Assembly: GCA_048885705.1 (NCBI GenBank)
Contig: JBHLLJ010000002.1
Span: forward strand, 1,117 to 65,116
Source of the DNA: Candidatus Hermodarchaeota archaeon
Lineage (GTDB): Archaea > Asgardarchaeota > Lokiarchaeia > Sigyniarchaeales > SOKP01
DNA: 64,000 bases
Direction: 5' to 3'
This document shows, one piece after another, positions 7,882 to 17,734 of the stretch. Position numbers and translations under genes: made by a program. Each line of letters starts with the position of its first letter. Positions within the stretch are counted from its first letter, which is position 1. Below the pieces are notes generated by a model. It was not told the DNA's origin. It did no database searches and saw only the letters and a program-made list of their open reading frames with translations.

Positions 7882-8772
7882 ATGCTTGAAAAATTAAAGA
7901 ATGCTTTTTCATCATTTGTTAAAAAAACTTTAACAGAGAAAAAGTTAGATAAAGCCATTAATGAACTTAAACTACTTCTTTTAAGTAATGATGTAGCAAT
8001 CGACACTGCTGATGAGATATGTAATAGGATCACTGTATCCTTTAAAAATGAGCAAATTGGACGATTAACATCAACTCCAAAGATGTTATTTGAAGTCTTA
8101 AAAGAGACTATCACAGAAATCCTAACACCTGAAGAAGAAATTGATTTACTTACAGAAATTAAAAAGAAAGGTTCACCTTATGTTATTGTTTTTTTAGGGG
8201 TGAATGGGACGGGAAAAACTACAACCATGGCTAAAATTGCTTATTTTTTAAAAAAAAATGGATTTTCAATTGTAGCAGCAGCGTCGGATACATTTCGAGC
8301 AGCAGCTATTGAGCAGTTGTCTTATCATATGGATAAAGTTGGGATAAGAGTGATAAAGCATAAATACAAGTCAGATCCTGCTTCAGTTGCTTATGATGCT
8401 ATTGAACATGCTAAAGCGAAAAAAATTGATGTTGTATTAGTTGACACTGCTGGCCGTCAAGTAACTGATAAAAACCTTATGATAGAAATACAAAAAATAT
8501 GTAGAGTCGCTCAACCAGATCTAATCTTGTTTGTAGGTGACTCCTTAGCAGGTAATGACGCACTTTTTCAAGCAAAGGAGTTTAAAAAGCATGTTGGAAT
8601 TGATGCTAACATTTTAACGAAACTCGACGCTGATGCAAAAGGGGGCGCTGCATTATCTATATCGTTTGAAACAAAAAAACCTATTCTTTACGTTGGTACA
8701 GGACAGAGTTATGAATCATTAATGCCCTTTGATCGAGATTTATTTATATCAAATATTCTGGATATTACATGA
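7882..8772 (+). CDS. ftsY: Signal recognition particle receptor FtsY
   Basis: 296 aa. SRP-GTPase motifs GVNGTGKTTT, DTAGRQ and TKLD. A GGAG lies 7 nt upstream of the ATG. Confidence 0.9.
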   Translation: MLEKLKNAFSSFVKKTLTEKKLDKAINELKLLLLSNDVAIDTADEICNRITVSFKNEQIGRLTSTPKMLFEVLKETITEILTPEEEIDLLTEIKKKGSPYVIVFLGVNGTGKTTTMAKIAYFLKKNGFSIVAAASDTFRAAAIEQLSYHMDKVGIRVIKHKYKSDPASVAYDAIEHAKAKKIDVVLVDTAGRQVTDKNLMIEIQKICRVAQPDLILFVGDSLAGNDALFQAKEFKKHVGIDANILTKLDADAKGGAALSISFETKKPILYVGTGQSYESLMPFDRDLFISNILDIT

Positions 8773-8834
8773 ATTAATACTATTTTAAGTTTCTAAAAGA
8801 TAACTTTTTATCTTACAATACTTTCTTTTTTCTT

Positions 8835-9074
8835 GTGTCTAACTACCCAAAATATGAGAAATATAATACAAGTGAAAAGCAACAAAAACAAGGTCTGTAT
8901 GATCGGATTGTCACATTTTTCCAAAATACAAAAAGAATCGTTAAAATTGCAAATAAGCCCAGTAGAAAAGATTATTTCTTAGTTTTTAAAATATGTGCCA
9001 TTGGAATATTAGTATTAGGAGTTCTCTCCTTTATAATTCAGGCAATTTTTTCTGTAGCTATACCCTATGGTTGA
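8835..9074 (+). CDS. secE: Preprotein translocase subunit SecE / Sec61-gamma
   Basis: 79 aa with a GTG start. KIANKPSRKDYFLVFKICAIGILVLGVLSFIIQ contains the KPxrxE motif followed by a single C-terminal TM helix. Confidence 0.7.
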   Translation: MSNYPKYEKYNTSEKQQKQGLYDRIVTFFQNTKRIVKIANKPSRKDYFLVFKICAIGILVLGVLSFIIQAIFSVAIPYG

Positions 9075-9093
9075 ATTTTTAAAAAAGAAATAA

Positions 9094-10281
9094 TTATTTA
9101 TAGAAAAATACTGCTATCTGTCCTGGAATGACTAATTCATCTTCTTTATTTTTACTGGCAATAAATTTGATTTTCATATTTATTGAAAGAGAGAGAAGTC
9201 TTTTTGTTAAAATTCCATCTATAATTAAATATTGAGTATCTTTAAAGTTTCTTATTTTTTCGAATATATCTCCAACGGGAATATCAAATAATGTTTCGAG
9301 ATTCTTATTAAACCCAATAGCAAAACCTGGACCAATATTCGCAAGTGCATCAATAATTATAGAATCATCTTTAATTTTTAACTTTTTAAGTATTTTTTGA
9401 AGGTTTCCATTAAAACCTTGATATTCCTTCTCTTTAACATCATCAATTTTAAAATCTTTGGAATCCTTTAATGGTTTTGCGTTTTGTAGAGATTTTATCA
9501 TTTGTTTTCTTGTTAGTTCTTCAACTTCTAAACCATCAGGAGCTCTAGCTACTTGGTCGACTTTTGTAGTTTGTATAAGCTCTTTAAGAATAATGGTACC
9601 TCCACGGTCTCCATCGACAAAAGCAGTCACATTTTTTTTTTCTTTAGCTAATTTAACTACAGACTTAGGGATTTGAGTACCTTGAACGGCTATTGTATTT
9701 TTAACTCCTATTCTTAATAGATTTAAAACATCAGCTCGACCTTCTACAATAACTAAGTCAGGGGAGCTTTCCACTTCTGGACCTGCAGGGAGATTATCTG
9801 ATCCCCAAGTAATAATCTCTCCAAGTTTAATATCTTTTTCAATTTTTTCTTCAATTTCACTTTGCTCTAAAGATTTTTGGTCCCATTCTTTTAAAAGTTC
9901 AGTTGCTCGTTCGATGATTTTTTTCCTTTTTCTTTCACGGACATCTCGAATTTCCATAAGTGAAAATTCTGCCTCGCAGGGCCCTACTCGAGATACAGTT
10001 TCAACAGTTGCTGCCAATAGAGCGGTTTCTTTTCTCGTTAAGGAAGATGGAACTTTAATAATTCCTTGTGAAACCCCTTCTTTTGCCTCAGTTTCAACTT
10101 CTATACGACCAATTCGTCCTGATTTTTGCAGATCTCTTAGATCTAGATCTAAAAGTAAACCTTCAGTTTGCCCAAAAATAGCGCCAACTATATCTGATTT
10201 TTCAACAACCCCTTTTATAACACACTTAATTTCTATAATGTATTTAGTCGTAAACTCATTTTGACTTGTAATTTCAATCAC
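9094..10281 (-). CDS. dnaG: Archaeal DnaG (TOPRIM primase-like, exosome-associated)
   Basis: 395 aa. The N-terminus has TKYIIEIKCVIKGVVEKSDIVGAIFGQTEGLL. The TOPRIM region has VIVEGRADVLNLLRIG...FVDGDRGG. Confidence 0.85.
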   Translation of the reverse strand: MIEITSQNEFTTKYIIEIKCVIKGVVEKSDIVGAIFGQTEGLLLDLDLRDLQKSGRIGRIEVETEAKEGVSQGIIKVPSSLTRKETALLAATVETVSRVGPCEAEFSLMEIRDVRERKRKKIIERATELLKEWDQKSLEQSEIEEKIEKDIKLGEIITWGSDNLPAGPEVESSPDLVIVEGRADVLNLLRIGVKNTIAVQGTQIPKSVVKLAKEKKNVTAFVDGDRGGTIILKELIQTTKVDQVARAPDGLEVEELTRKQMIKSLQNAKPLKDSKDFKIDDVKEKEYQGFNGNLQKILKKLKIKDDSIIIDALANIGPGFAIGFNKNLETLFDIPVGDIFEKIRNFKDTQYLIIDGILTKRLLSLSINMKIKFIASKNKEDELVIPGQIAVFFYK

Positions 10282-10491
10282 TTCCTTTTTTATTTTTTTT
10301 TATATTCGCTCAATACATCAAAATATAAAGGAAGAACTATACAAAAGAAGTAGTGTCTAGCTTCGTTAATTAGAATTATCTATAGCCAATTATTTCCAAT
10401 TGAATTATTAAATCTTTAATCTATTGAAAAATTTCTAGAAATTTTTATTAAGCTTGAGTTTTGAACCTACTTCTATATATAATTTTTAAGC

Positions 10492-10676
10492 CTGAATATT
10501 AATTTTGATATACTGAATTAATAATAATTTTGATTATTTTTTTTCTATTAATTTAATTGATTTTAATTTCTTGTAAACGATTTTTAAGATTAAGATTTTG
10601 ATTTTAAATTTAATCCTTAAAATGCTTTAATATGATTGGTTAATTTAATTGATACTTGAATTAATAATTTTGATAA
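10492..10676. repeat. Three copies of a ~20-nt AT-rich motif in the 543-bp dnaG/arsA divergent spacer
   Basis: Copies: CTGAATATTAATTTTGATA (10492-10510), CTGAATTAATAATAATTTTGATTA (10513-10536) and CTTGAATTAATAATTTTGATAA (10655-10676). Low-complexity sequence context. Confidence 0.4.
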
Positions 10677-10824
10677 TAATTAATATTATATCATTATAAA
10701 ATGAATTAATCAATATATTTTTTGCTAATTGAAAACCTCTAAAATTCTAGTTTATTTGGTTAGTTTTTTATGTCATTTTTATTTTTGATATTATAAATTA
10801 GACCTTTTAAATGTTCAATAAATC

Positions 10825-11850
10825 ATGGAAAAAATTATTGTTCTTGGAGGCAAAGGCGGAGTTGGAAAGAGTTCAATCAGTGCTGCAACAGCAGTTTTAC
10901 TCTCAGACTTACTTCCTATTAAAAAAGTTCTTCTGATTTCTTTCGATATGGCACACAATCTTAGTGATTTATTTAAAGTGAAGATTGGAAGCAAAATTAC
11001 CCCTTTAACTAAAAATTTGTGGGGAATTGAACCCGATGCTGATAGTTATGCTGAGAAATATACAAAAGATTTAATAGAGAAAATGAAAAAGCTTCTAAAG
11101 CAAATGCCTCTTGTAGGAATGATTCCTCAAATCGAAAAATATATTGATACAACTTTTACAGCAGATTCTATTCCATTGGCACTAAAAAATGCAATGTTTT
11201 TTCAAAAAATTTTAGATGCTGAAGATATTGAGTCACAAGATATTCAGTACGATATTATTATAGCAGACTTCCCTCCAACTGCTAACATGATTACACTCTT
11301 TGAGATCCCTGAAGACCAAGTAAAAGTAGTACTCAAATATTCTTTGAATTTTTATAATTCTATTAAAGGTGCGATTCGAAATGTTTCGAAAATGTGGAGA
11401 AATATAATTAAACCATTTGATAACCAAGAAGAAAGGCGTGAATTAGGAAAAGAAATATTTAACATGATTGTTGAGCTAGAAAAACGTGGGGAAAGGATTT
11501 CAGAGCTCATACATAATATAGGGTCACTCAGACTAGTTACTATAGCGGAAAAACCTAGTTTCGAAGAAATTAAAAGAGCTAGAGATTTAACAACACGCTA
11601 TATTAAATTAGAAGGTGTTCATATAAATATGATTATACCTGAACCTAAAAAATGTGAATTTTGTAAGAAAATTAGAGCAACTCAACTAAATTATACTAGA
11701 GAAATTGAGAAAGAATTTAAAAAATTAAAAATTTGGCAATCAGAGAAGCTTGAAGAAGAACCTATTGGATTAGATGGTTTAAGAAATCTTGCTTATGAAG
11801 TTTATGGAGAAAATATCTCTGCTAATGAGATTTTAAATCCTAAAGTATAG
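10825..11850 (+). CDS. ArsA/Get3-family P-loop ATPase
   Basis: 341 aa. It has the deviant Walker A GGKGGVGKSS at the N-terminus and a Get3/ArsA-like length. Confidence 0.7.
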   Translation: MEKIIVLGGKGGVGKSSISAATAVLLSDLLPIKKVLLISFDMAHNLSDLFKVKIGSKITPLTKNLWGIEPDADSYAEKYTKDLIEKMKKLLKQMPLVGMIPQIEKYIDTTFTADSIPLALKNAMFFQKILDAEDIESQDIQYDIIIADFPPTANMITLFEIPEDQVKVVLKYSLNFYNSIKGAIRNVSKMWRNIIKPFDNQEERRELGKEIFNMIVELEKRGERISELIHNIGSLRLVTIAEKPSFEEIKRARDLTTRYIKLEGVHINMIIPEPKKCEFCKKIRATQLNYTREIEKEFKKLKIWQSEKLEEEPIGLDGLRNLAYEVYGENISANEILNPKV

Positions 11851-12046
11851 TTATATAAAGTAAAAATTGATTTACATAGTGTATTAATTAGTATTTCTTA
11901 ATTTTTCAAAAATCAAATTAGTGTTTAAATTTCAGGTTATAAATATATAAATTTAAATATGAAAATCTCTTTCATTATTATACGTACCATTTTATGTCCA
12001 TAGAAGGATCATAAAAAGGTCATAATTAATAAAAATAATAAAAAAA

Positions 12047-12451
12047 ATGATAAAAAATATGGCAAAGAAACAAGAAGAAGATAAAAGAACGAAATTGATT
12101 AAAATTTTAGTTACCGAACGATTTTATAAGAAAATAAATAGGTATGCAAGAATAGCCTTTCAAAACAAATCCGAATTTATTCGGACAGCAATAAGGCATA
12201 GAATTTCGGAAATAAATAACTCAATTTTTTCTATACCAATGGATCGAAAATATAAAGATCAAAACCTCAGACGTTCAGTTTTGAAAGAACTTAAAGATGA
12301 AATAAATAATCCTGATTATTTACAAAAACCTAGTAAGGATTCTTTAAAAATTCGAGAACAAGAGAAGAAGAAACGCAAGGAAGAATTGGAAATTGAAAAG
12401 AAAAGATTAGAAGAACAATTAGAAATTGTAAAGAAGAATCTTGATAAATAA
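12047..12451 (+). CDS. Hypothetical protein, ribbon-helix-helix-like N-terminus plus K/E-rich coiled-coil tail
   Basis: 134 aa. KLIKILVTERFYKKINRYARIAFQNKSEFIRTAIRHRI fits a beta-strand then two-helix RHH pattern. The function call is inference only. Confidence 0.35.
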   Translation: MIKNMAKKQEEDKRTKLIKILVTERFYKKINRYARIAFQNKSEFIRTAIRHRISEINNSIFSIPMDRKYKDQNLRRSVLKELKDEINNPDYLQKPSKDSLKIREQEKKKRKEELEIEKKRLEEQLEIVKKNLDK

Positions 12452-12458
12452 AATGGTA

Positions 12459-13046
12459 TTACGAATTTTTAACTGAAATTTCAATCTCACAGTAAGGGTC
12501 TCCCAGAGGAATTTTCTTCTTAAATTTTAAAATAAACTCTTTTTCTGGAAAAGCTCCCTTTAGCAGACCCCTAATACTTGCTAGTGTAACTTTGTGACAA
12601 GGAACTGCATCCTGAGTCCAAACTTTCTGAACCATTCTCCAAACTTCGCATTCTAAAACTCTGTGAATCATTTTACTTTCATTAATTACCTCTATTTCTG
12701 AATTCATATTCATAAGCGTATGTTGGATCTTCACTAATTTTGGTAATGTTTGCGAAAAATCACCTTTCAAGTTTGTTATTGAAGCAATTTTCTTTCCCAA
12801 TCTTTCAGAAAACATCTCCCATGCTTTTACATCTAATTCTGTTGCAGTCTCCAAACCAAGTTTTTCCACTGAAGCCATGAACCACGCACCATCCAACCTG
12901 AGAAAAGCATATCTCATCAATTCCAGTAATTCTTCTAAATCTAATTCTACATTTTCTTTCATATTTAACACATAATTATAATTTTTGGATGTTTTTATTA
13001 TTTGTAATTCTGATAAATGAACAAAAATTAGTTCAAATTTATGCAC
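12459..13046 (-). CDS. Hypothetical cytoplasmic protein
   Basis: 195-aa ORF, more likely starting at the internal MKENVELD (about 12962). Conserved-looking LDGAWFM and C-terminal GDPYCEIEI. No family assigned. Confidence 0.4.
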   Translation of the reverse strand: MHKFELIFVHLSELQIIKTSKNYNYVLNMKENVELDLEELLELMRYAFLRLDGAWFMASVEKLGLETATELDVKAWEMFSERLGKKIASITNLKGDFSQTLPKLVKIQHTLMNMNSEIEVINESKMIHRVLECEVWRMVQKVWTQDAVPCHKVTLASIRGLLKGAFPEKEFILKFKKKIPLGDPYCEIEISVKNS

Positions 13047-13122
13047 TTAGACGCATTAAGGAATTTAGGTAAGAAACTTGAAAGAGAGAAATATAATATA
13101 AAAAAAAATAAATAAAAATATA

Positions 13123-14391
13123 TTAAGTTCCTTCTTCATAGCCATGAATGTAGTTATATTGTTCCTCGGTTAATTTATCAATCTCTACACCCATAGATTG
13201 TAGTTTCAGGAAACCAATTTTATTGTCAATTTCAATGGGAACCTCAATCATTCCCGGCTCCAATTTATCTTTATTTTTTACAATATATTCTGACATTAAT
13301 GATTGTAAAGCAAAAGACATATCCATTACTTCGCTCGGATGCCCTTCTGATAAGACTAAATTAGCTAATCGTCCTTTTGCTAAGAGATAAACTTTTTTAC
13401 CACTATGAAAGACTAGTTCTTCTACATCTTTGCGAATTGGTTTAATTTCTTTTGAATATTCATAGAGTTCTTTTGTAGGGATTTCAATATCGAAGTGTCC
13501 AAGATTTCCAAGAATAACTCCATCTTTTAATTTTTCAAAAGTCTCTTTTTTTGGAGGGATTACGTGCTTGCAACCAGTTGCTGTGAGAATTATATCTGCA
13601 TAGGACAATGTATCTTCAATCTTTTTGACAGAATAACCAGCAAATACAGCTTGTAGTGCTTTAATGGGATCTACTTCTGTGACTGTCACATTAGCACCCA
13701 ATCCTCGTGCTCTAAGAGCCATACCTGAACTGCAATGACCATATCCTGCAATAACTACATTTTTACCTGCGAAAAGGACATGCATTCCATAAATTGCTGA
13801 TACTATACCTTGCCCTGTACCCAGTTCATTATCAAATTGATTTTTACATCGAGCATCATTAACAGGGAATAGAGGTACCCTTAATACTCCTTTTTTGTCC
13901 ATAGCTTTAAATCTTTTAACACCAGTGGTAGTTTCTTCTTGACAAGCAATAATATTACCGGATTTGATTAAATCTTCATATTCCTGATGGGCAGTTACGA
14001 TCATATCAGCTCCATCATCAATTAAAATATGTGGTTTTGCATCTAAGCACTGTCTTATACACCAATAAAATTCTTCGTCTGTATTACCATGCCAAGCAAA
14101 AACATTTATTCCTTCTTGTACTAACGCTGCTGCTACATTATCTTGGGTAGATAATGGATTACTACCACAAAGATAGACTTCTGCTCCCCCAGCTTTAAGA
14201 GTTCGAGCAAGGATCCCTGTTTCTTTAGTCACATGCAAACAACCAGCGATTTTTATACCCTTTAATGGTATTTCTTTTTGGAATCTCTCACGAATAACTT
14301 TAGCAGTAACTGGCATTTTGCTTTCAGCGATGTATAATGCTTCTTTACCTCGATTGGCTAAGCCTTCATCTGCTACTTTATAATTTACCAT
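13123..14391 (-). CDS. ahcY: Adenosylhomocysteinase
   Basis: 422 aa with YKVADEGLANRGKEAL..AESKMPV, GCLHVTKETG, GSNPLSTQD and DDGAD, plus the NAD-binding AGYGHCSSG region. Confidence 0.9.
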   Translation of the reverse strand: MVNYKVADEGLANRGKEALYIAESKMPVTAKVIRERFQKEIPLKGIKIAGCLHVTKETGILARTLKAGGAEVYLCGSNPLSTQDNVAAALVQEGINVFAWHGNTDEEFYWCIRQCLDAKPHILIDDGADMIVTAHQEYEDLIKSGNIIACQEETTTGVKRFKAMDKKGVLRVPLFPVNDARCKNQFDNELGTGQGIVSAIYGMHVLFAGKNVVIAGYGHCSSGMALRARGLGANVTVTEVDPIKALQAVFAGYSVKKIEDTLSYADIILTATGCKHVIPPKKETFEKLKDGVILGNLGHFDIEIPTKELYEYSKEIKPIRKDVEELVFHSGKKVYLLAKGRLANLVLSEGHPSEVMDMSFALQSLMSEYIVKNKDKLEPGMIEVPIEIDNKIGFLKLQSMGVEIDKLTEEQYNYIHGYEEGT

Positions 14392-14537
14392 CTAAATTTT
14401 CACTTAAATTTGTGATTTTTTATGATTTCTAGTTTTAATTAATTTTTAAATATATTTTTGGTTAAAAAGGAAAAAATTTATAGCTACTTCCAACAAATAA
14501 TTCATTAATGCATAAAAAAATACAAATAATTAATTAA

Positions 14538-15500
14538 ATGAATTCGAAAATTGAAGATTCAATTGCTCAAAATTTAGTCCAAGGTTTTTGTGGAAAAAGC
14601 AAATTGGTGATTTCAAAGAATTTTCAAGCTTTTGGATTCACAAGACAAACGATAAAAGAAAAAATTAACAGTTTAAGAAAACAAAAAATAATTAAAAATA
14701 TTACAATTAATATTAATCCACATATTCGTCCAGATTATCTTAAATATATCCTACTTGAAATTAAAACAAATCCTACTGAACCCAAATTAGTAAATAATTT
14801 ACTAAAAATTCCACAAATAAAGATGTTAGACGGGATTTTTGGTGAATTTTCACTAATAGCGCTTTTAATCTTTAAATCATCTGATGAATACTTTAAAGTC
14901 TTAAAAAAGATAGATGAGATAATGGCAAATTCATACTTTAAAAAATATCAAATAATAGAGACAATTAAGGTTTATAAAACTAATGGAATTGATTTAAAAG
15001 ATAAAATAGTTGAAAAAGACTTTAAATTAGATGAAAATGATTATAAGATTTTAAAAATTCTACAGGAGAATCAAGGGATAAAGCCTATATCTACATATGA
15101 AATAAAAGATTTATTAATGGAATTCTCTAATATAGAAATCTCTCAATCTACTGTACATAATAGAATTAAAATTTTAGAACAAAAAGGTGTGATCCTTAAT
15201 TATTCAATAAGTTTTAATCCAAGAAAAATTGGATTTAATGGCAAGTATTTATTAAGGATTAAACCAAAAAATACTTCTAAATACGATCATTTTGCTGAAG
15301 ATTTGGCAAGAAAAGAAGAAATAACAGATTTATTCAGGATAGGCGAACAATATGGATTATTTGCAATAGTGAGAGTGAAAAAAATCGAAGATTATGCCGC
15401 CTTTATTAGAGATCTCTATAATTCCGAAGAAATTGAAGACACGTTTACCAATTTCGTCTTAGATGAGTTAAAACCTTACACTAATTTCTTAGTTTTCTAA
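14538..15500 (+). CDS. Tandem (double) Lrp/AsnC-like transcriptional regulator
   Basis: 320 aa. The second half has LDENDYKILKILQEN...STVHNRIKILEQKGVI (HTH) followed by a RAM-like domain. The first half is a more degenerate copy of the same unit. Confidence 0.6.
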   Translation: MNSKIEDSIAQNLVQGFCGKSKLVISKNFQAFGFTRQTIKEKINSLRKQKIIKNITININPHIRPDYLKYILLEIKTNPTEPKLVNNLLKIPQIKMLDGIFGEFSLIALLIFKSSDEYFKVLKKIDEIMANSYFKKYQIIETIKVYKTNGIDLKDKIVEKDFKLDENDYKILKILQENQGIKPISTYEIKDLLMEFSNIEISQSTVHNRIKILEQKGVILNYSISFNPRKIGFNGKYLLRIKPKNTSKYDHFAEDLARKEEITDLFRIGEQYGLFAIVRVKKIEDYAAFIRDLYNSEEIEDTFTNFVLDELKPYTNFLVF

Positions 15501-15655
15501 AATCAATGATCGATGTAAATTATAATTTCCGAATTAAGTTGGTTTTTCAAGAATTAAACTAATTTAAAAGACTAAATTCTTAATAATTTTGAAAAATTCT
15601 AGAATGTGAAATTTAAAAAATATACCCTAAATAAAAATTTCATTTATTAAAAGAT

Positions 15656-17734
15656 ATGGATTACTTCTTTGAAGTTATTAGCAGTAAGATAGGATACTCA
15701 AGAATAGGACGTATTATTTTTTCTAAGGAACGAAAGTTATATATTAACACTCCAAATATTATCATCCCAGTAAAAAGTTCCTTAATGAAACAATTTAATT
15801 TTGTGCAAGAATTTGAAAATCACGATTTATTTACAATTTCTAAGGAATTTTTCTTAAAAGTTGGATTTATAAGAGAAAAATTTAGGAATAATGGATTTAT
15901 TTTTACATATCCGGGTACTTTACAAAAATTTGAAGAAATTTTAATAAAAAATAGCAAGATATTGTCTAAAGATAATATAATCTCACTTATTCCATTTAAC
16001 ATTCCTACAACGAGTATTAATAAAGAATTTGCTTTGAAAGAAATTAAGAATTATCTTTTAAATGTCCAGAAAATCTTAAAGGAGCACCCAAACCTAAATT
16101 TTGGTGTATCTATAAGACTTTTTGATTATACTGAGTTACTAGAGCTCTATATACCCATTTTTAAACAATTTGAAAATATAAAAATTGTAAACTTAGCAAG
16201 ATTATTTGATAATCTTAGCAATTTTCGGAACATAATTGATAGTATTGTCAAAATTAAAATGGAATTGGATAATAATTTGATATTAATGGCTTCTGGAAGA
16301 ATAATTCCTAAGTATTATCCATTACTCGTTTATCTAGGAATAGATTTGATTGATTCCTCATACGTATTGTTTTTATCCGCTGAAAATTTCTATGACACTA
16401 TAGAGTACTTATTACCGATATATAAGGTCAAATATTTACCGTGTTCTTGTTTGGCTTGTAGAAGTAATTTAACTGAAATGTTAGAGAATAAATATTCTGC
16501 CGAAAAAATTGATTTGTTGAGTTTACATAATTTAATCACAGCAAATAATTACATGAATAAAATTAAGCAATATTTAAAATTTGAAGATTTCAGAGCATTT
16601 GTGGAGAAGTCTTCTTTTGATGATACTAACCTAATTTCAATATTAAAGATTTTAGATAAACATTATTATGATATGATTAAATATGAGACCCCAATAACAC
16701 ACAAAGGTAAAACAATAAGATGCCTTGGGCCATCATCTTATTATAGACCAGATTTTCACCAGTTTAGGGAAAAAACCATTAAAAATTTTGAACCCGAACC
16801 TTGGACAAAATTAATCATTTTACTCCCATGTTCATCAAAGAAACCCTATTCAGAATCAAAATCTCATAAAAAGTTTTATAGTGTTATTAGAAAGTTTCCT
16901 GAGTTTCCTTCATTTCAAGAAATAATTTTGACTTCACCACTGGGATGCATTCCTAGACAATTAGAAAACATTTACCCCGTCAACTCTTATGATATTTCTG
17001 TTACTGGTGAATGGGATAATGAAGAAATAAATATCACATCAGACATGCTTATTAAAATTATTGAAAAGTATAACCAAAATATACCCATTATCTGCCATTT
17101 AAAAAATGAATATCGCGAAATTATTCATAGAGTTTCTTCGAAATTACCACATAAATTCACTTTTACTGAAATTTCTGATAAGATTACTTCAATTAAATCA
17201 CTTCAATCTTTAGAAAAACTGATTATTAAATATAAGAATGAATTTAAGCCAAAAGAAAGTAGTTTAGAACATAAAAATTACTCAAAAACTTGGATTAGGA
17301 AATTTATTAAAATTATAGACTATCAATTTGGTCAAGGTACTGGTATGAATATCATATCTAACGGCGCAAAACCTGTTCAAAACAGATCTGCCAATCAAAT
17401 TGATATAAAAGACCTAAAAACTCGAGAAAAACTAGGAGTATTCAAATTTTCAACAGGTCAAATCGAATTAACCCTTTTAGGGGTTGAACGACTAGTCCAT
17501 TCACAACACGCGATAAATTCAAATTATATTGTTTTTGATGGAGAAAAAATTCAAGGAAATACATTATTTAGAACAGGAATTTTAGAATATAGCCTAGATC
17601 TTATCCCTAACAATCAGGTAATTATATTAGAGAAAGGAAAGAAAAAGGCTATAGGAAGTGGAGAATTAATTGTTGGATCTTATTTTTTAAAAAATTCAAA
17701 AAGTGGGAGAATAATAAAAATCAATGATAGATAA
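15656..17734 (+). CDS. arcS: Archaeosine synthase ArcS (TGT-like N-domain, DUF5591-type core, C-terminal PUA)
   Basis: 692 aa. It has a Zn-site-like LPCSCLACRS, LLPCSSKKPYSESKSHKKF (DUF5591-type motif) and a PUA-like C-terminus. It overlaps the downstream RaSEA gene by 11 nt. Confidence 0.7.
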   Translation: MDYFFEVISSKIGYSRIGRIIFSKERKLYINTPNIIIPVKSSLMKQFNFVQEFENHDLFTISKEFFLKVGFIREKFRNNGFIFTYPGTLQKFEEILIKNSKILSKDNIISLIPFNIPTTSINKEFALKEIKNYLLNVQKILKEHPNLNFGVSIRLFDYTELLELYIPIFKQFENIKIVNLARLFDNLSNFRNIIDSIVKIKMELDNNLILMASGRIIPKYYPLLVYLGIDLIDSSYVLFLSAENFYDTIEYLLPIYKVKYLPCSCLACRSNLTEMLENKYSAEKIDLLSLHNLITANNYMNKIKQYLKFEDFRAFVEKSSFDDTNLISILKILDKHYYDMIKYETPITHKGKTIRCLGPSSYYRPDFHQFREKTIKNFEPEPWTKLIILLPCSSKKPYSESKSHKKFYSVIRKFPEFPSFQEIILTSPLGCIPRQLENIYPVNSYDISVTGEWDNEEINITSDMLIKIIEKYNQNIPIICHLKNEYREIIHRVSSKLPHKFTFTEISDKITSIKSLQSLEKLIIKYKNEFKPKESSLEHKNYSKTWIRKFIKIIDYQFGQGTGMNIISNGAKPVQNRSANQIDIKDLKTREKLGVFKFSTGQIELTLLGVERLVHSQHAINSNYIVFDGEKIQGNTLFRTGILEYSLDLIPNNQVIILEKGKKKAIGSGELIVGSYFLKNSKSGRIIKINDR

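Noticed and set aside
9914-10264. Antisense or nested ORFs of 60-116 aa listed in the track. Examples: 1466, 2310, 3820, 4797, 5500, 5932, 7477, 7869, 9458, 9914, 11233, 15820, 18611, 19300, 19443, 19790, 20156, 25346, 25700, 27181, 27517, 28638, 29157, 32285, 34791, 35130, 37639, 39436, 41344, 42299, 42948, 46646, 47977, 50108, 50910, 52458, 52842, 55088, 57629, 58421, 59550, 59853, 62889
   Set aside because: Each lies inside or opposite a longer ORF that has clear family motifs. They have biased low-complexity composition and no motifs of their own.
10282-10824. Replication origin
   Set aside because: There is no orc1/cdc6 gene adjacent and no ORB-like G-containing inverted repeats flanking an unwinding element. 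Only AT-rich direct repeats are present. It is kept as a low-interest repeat observation.
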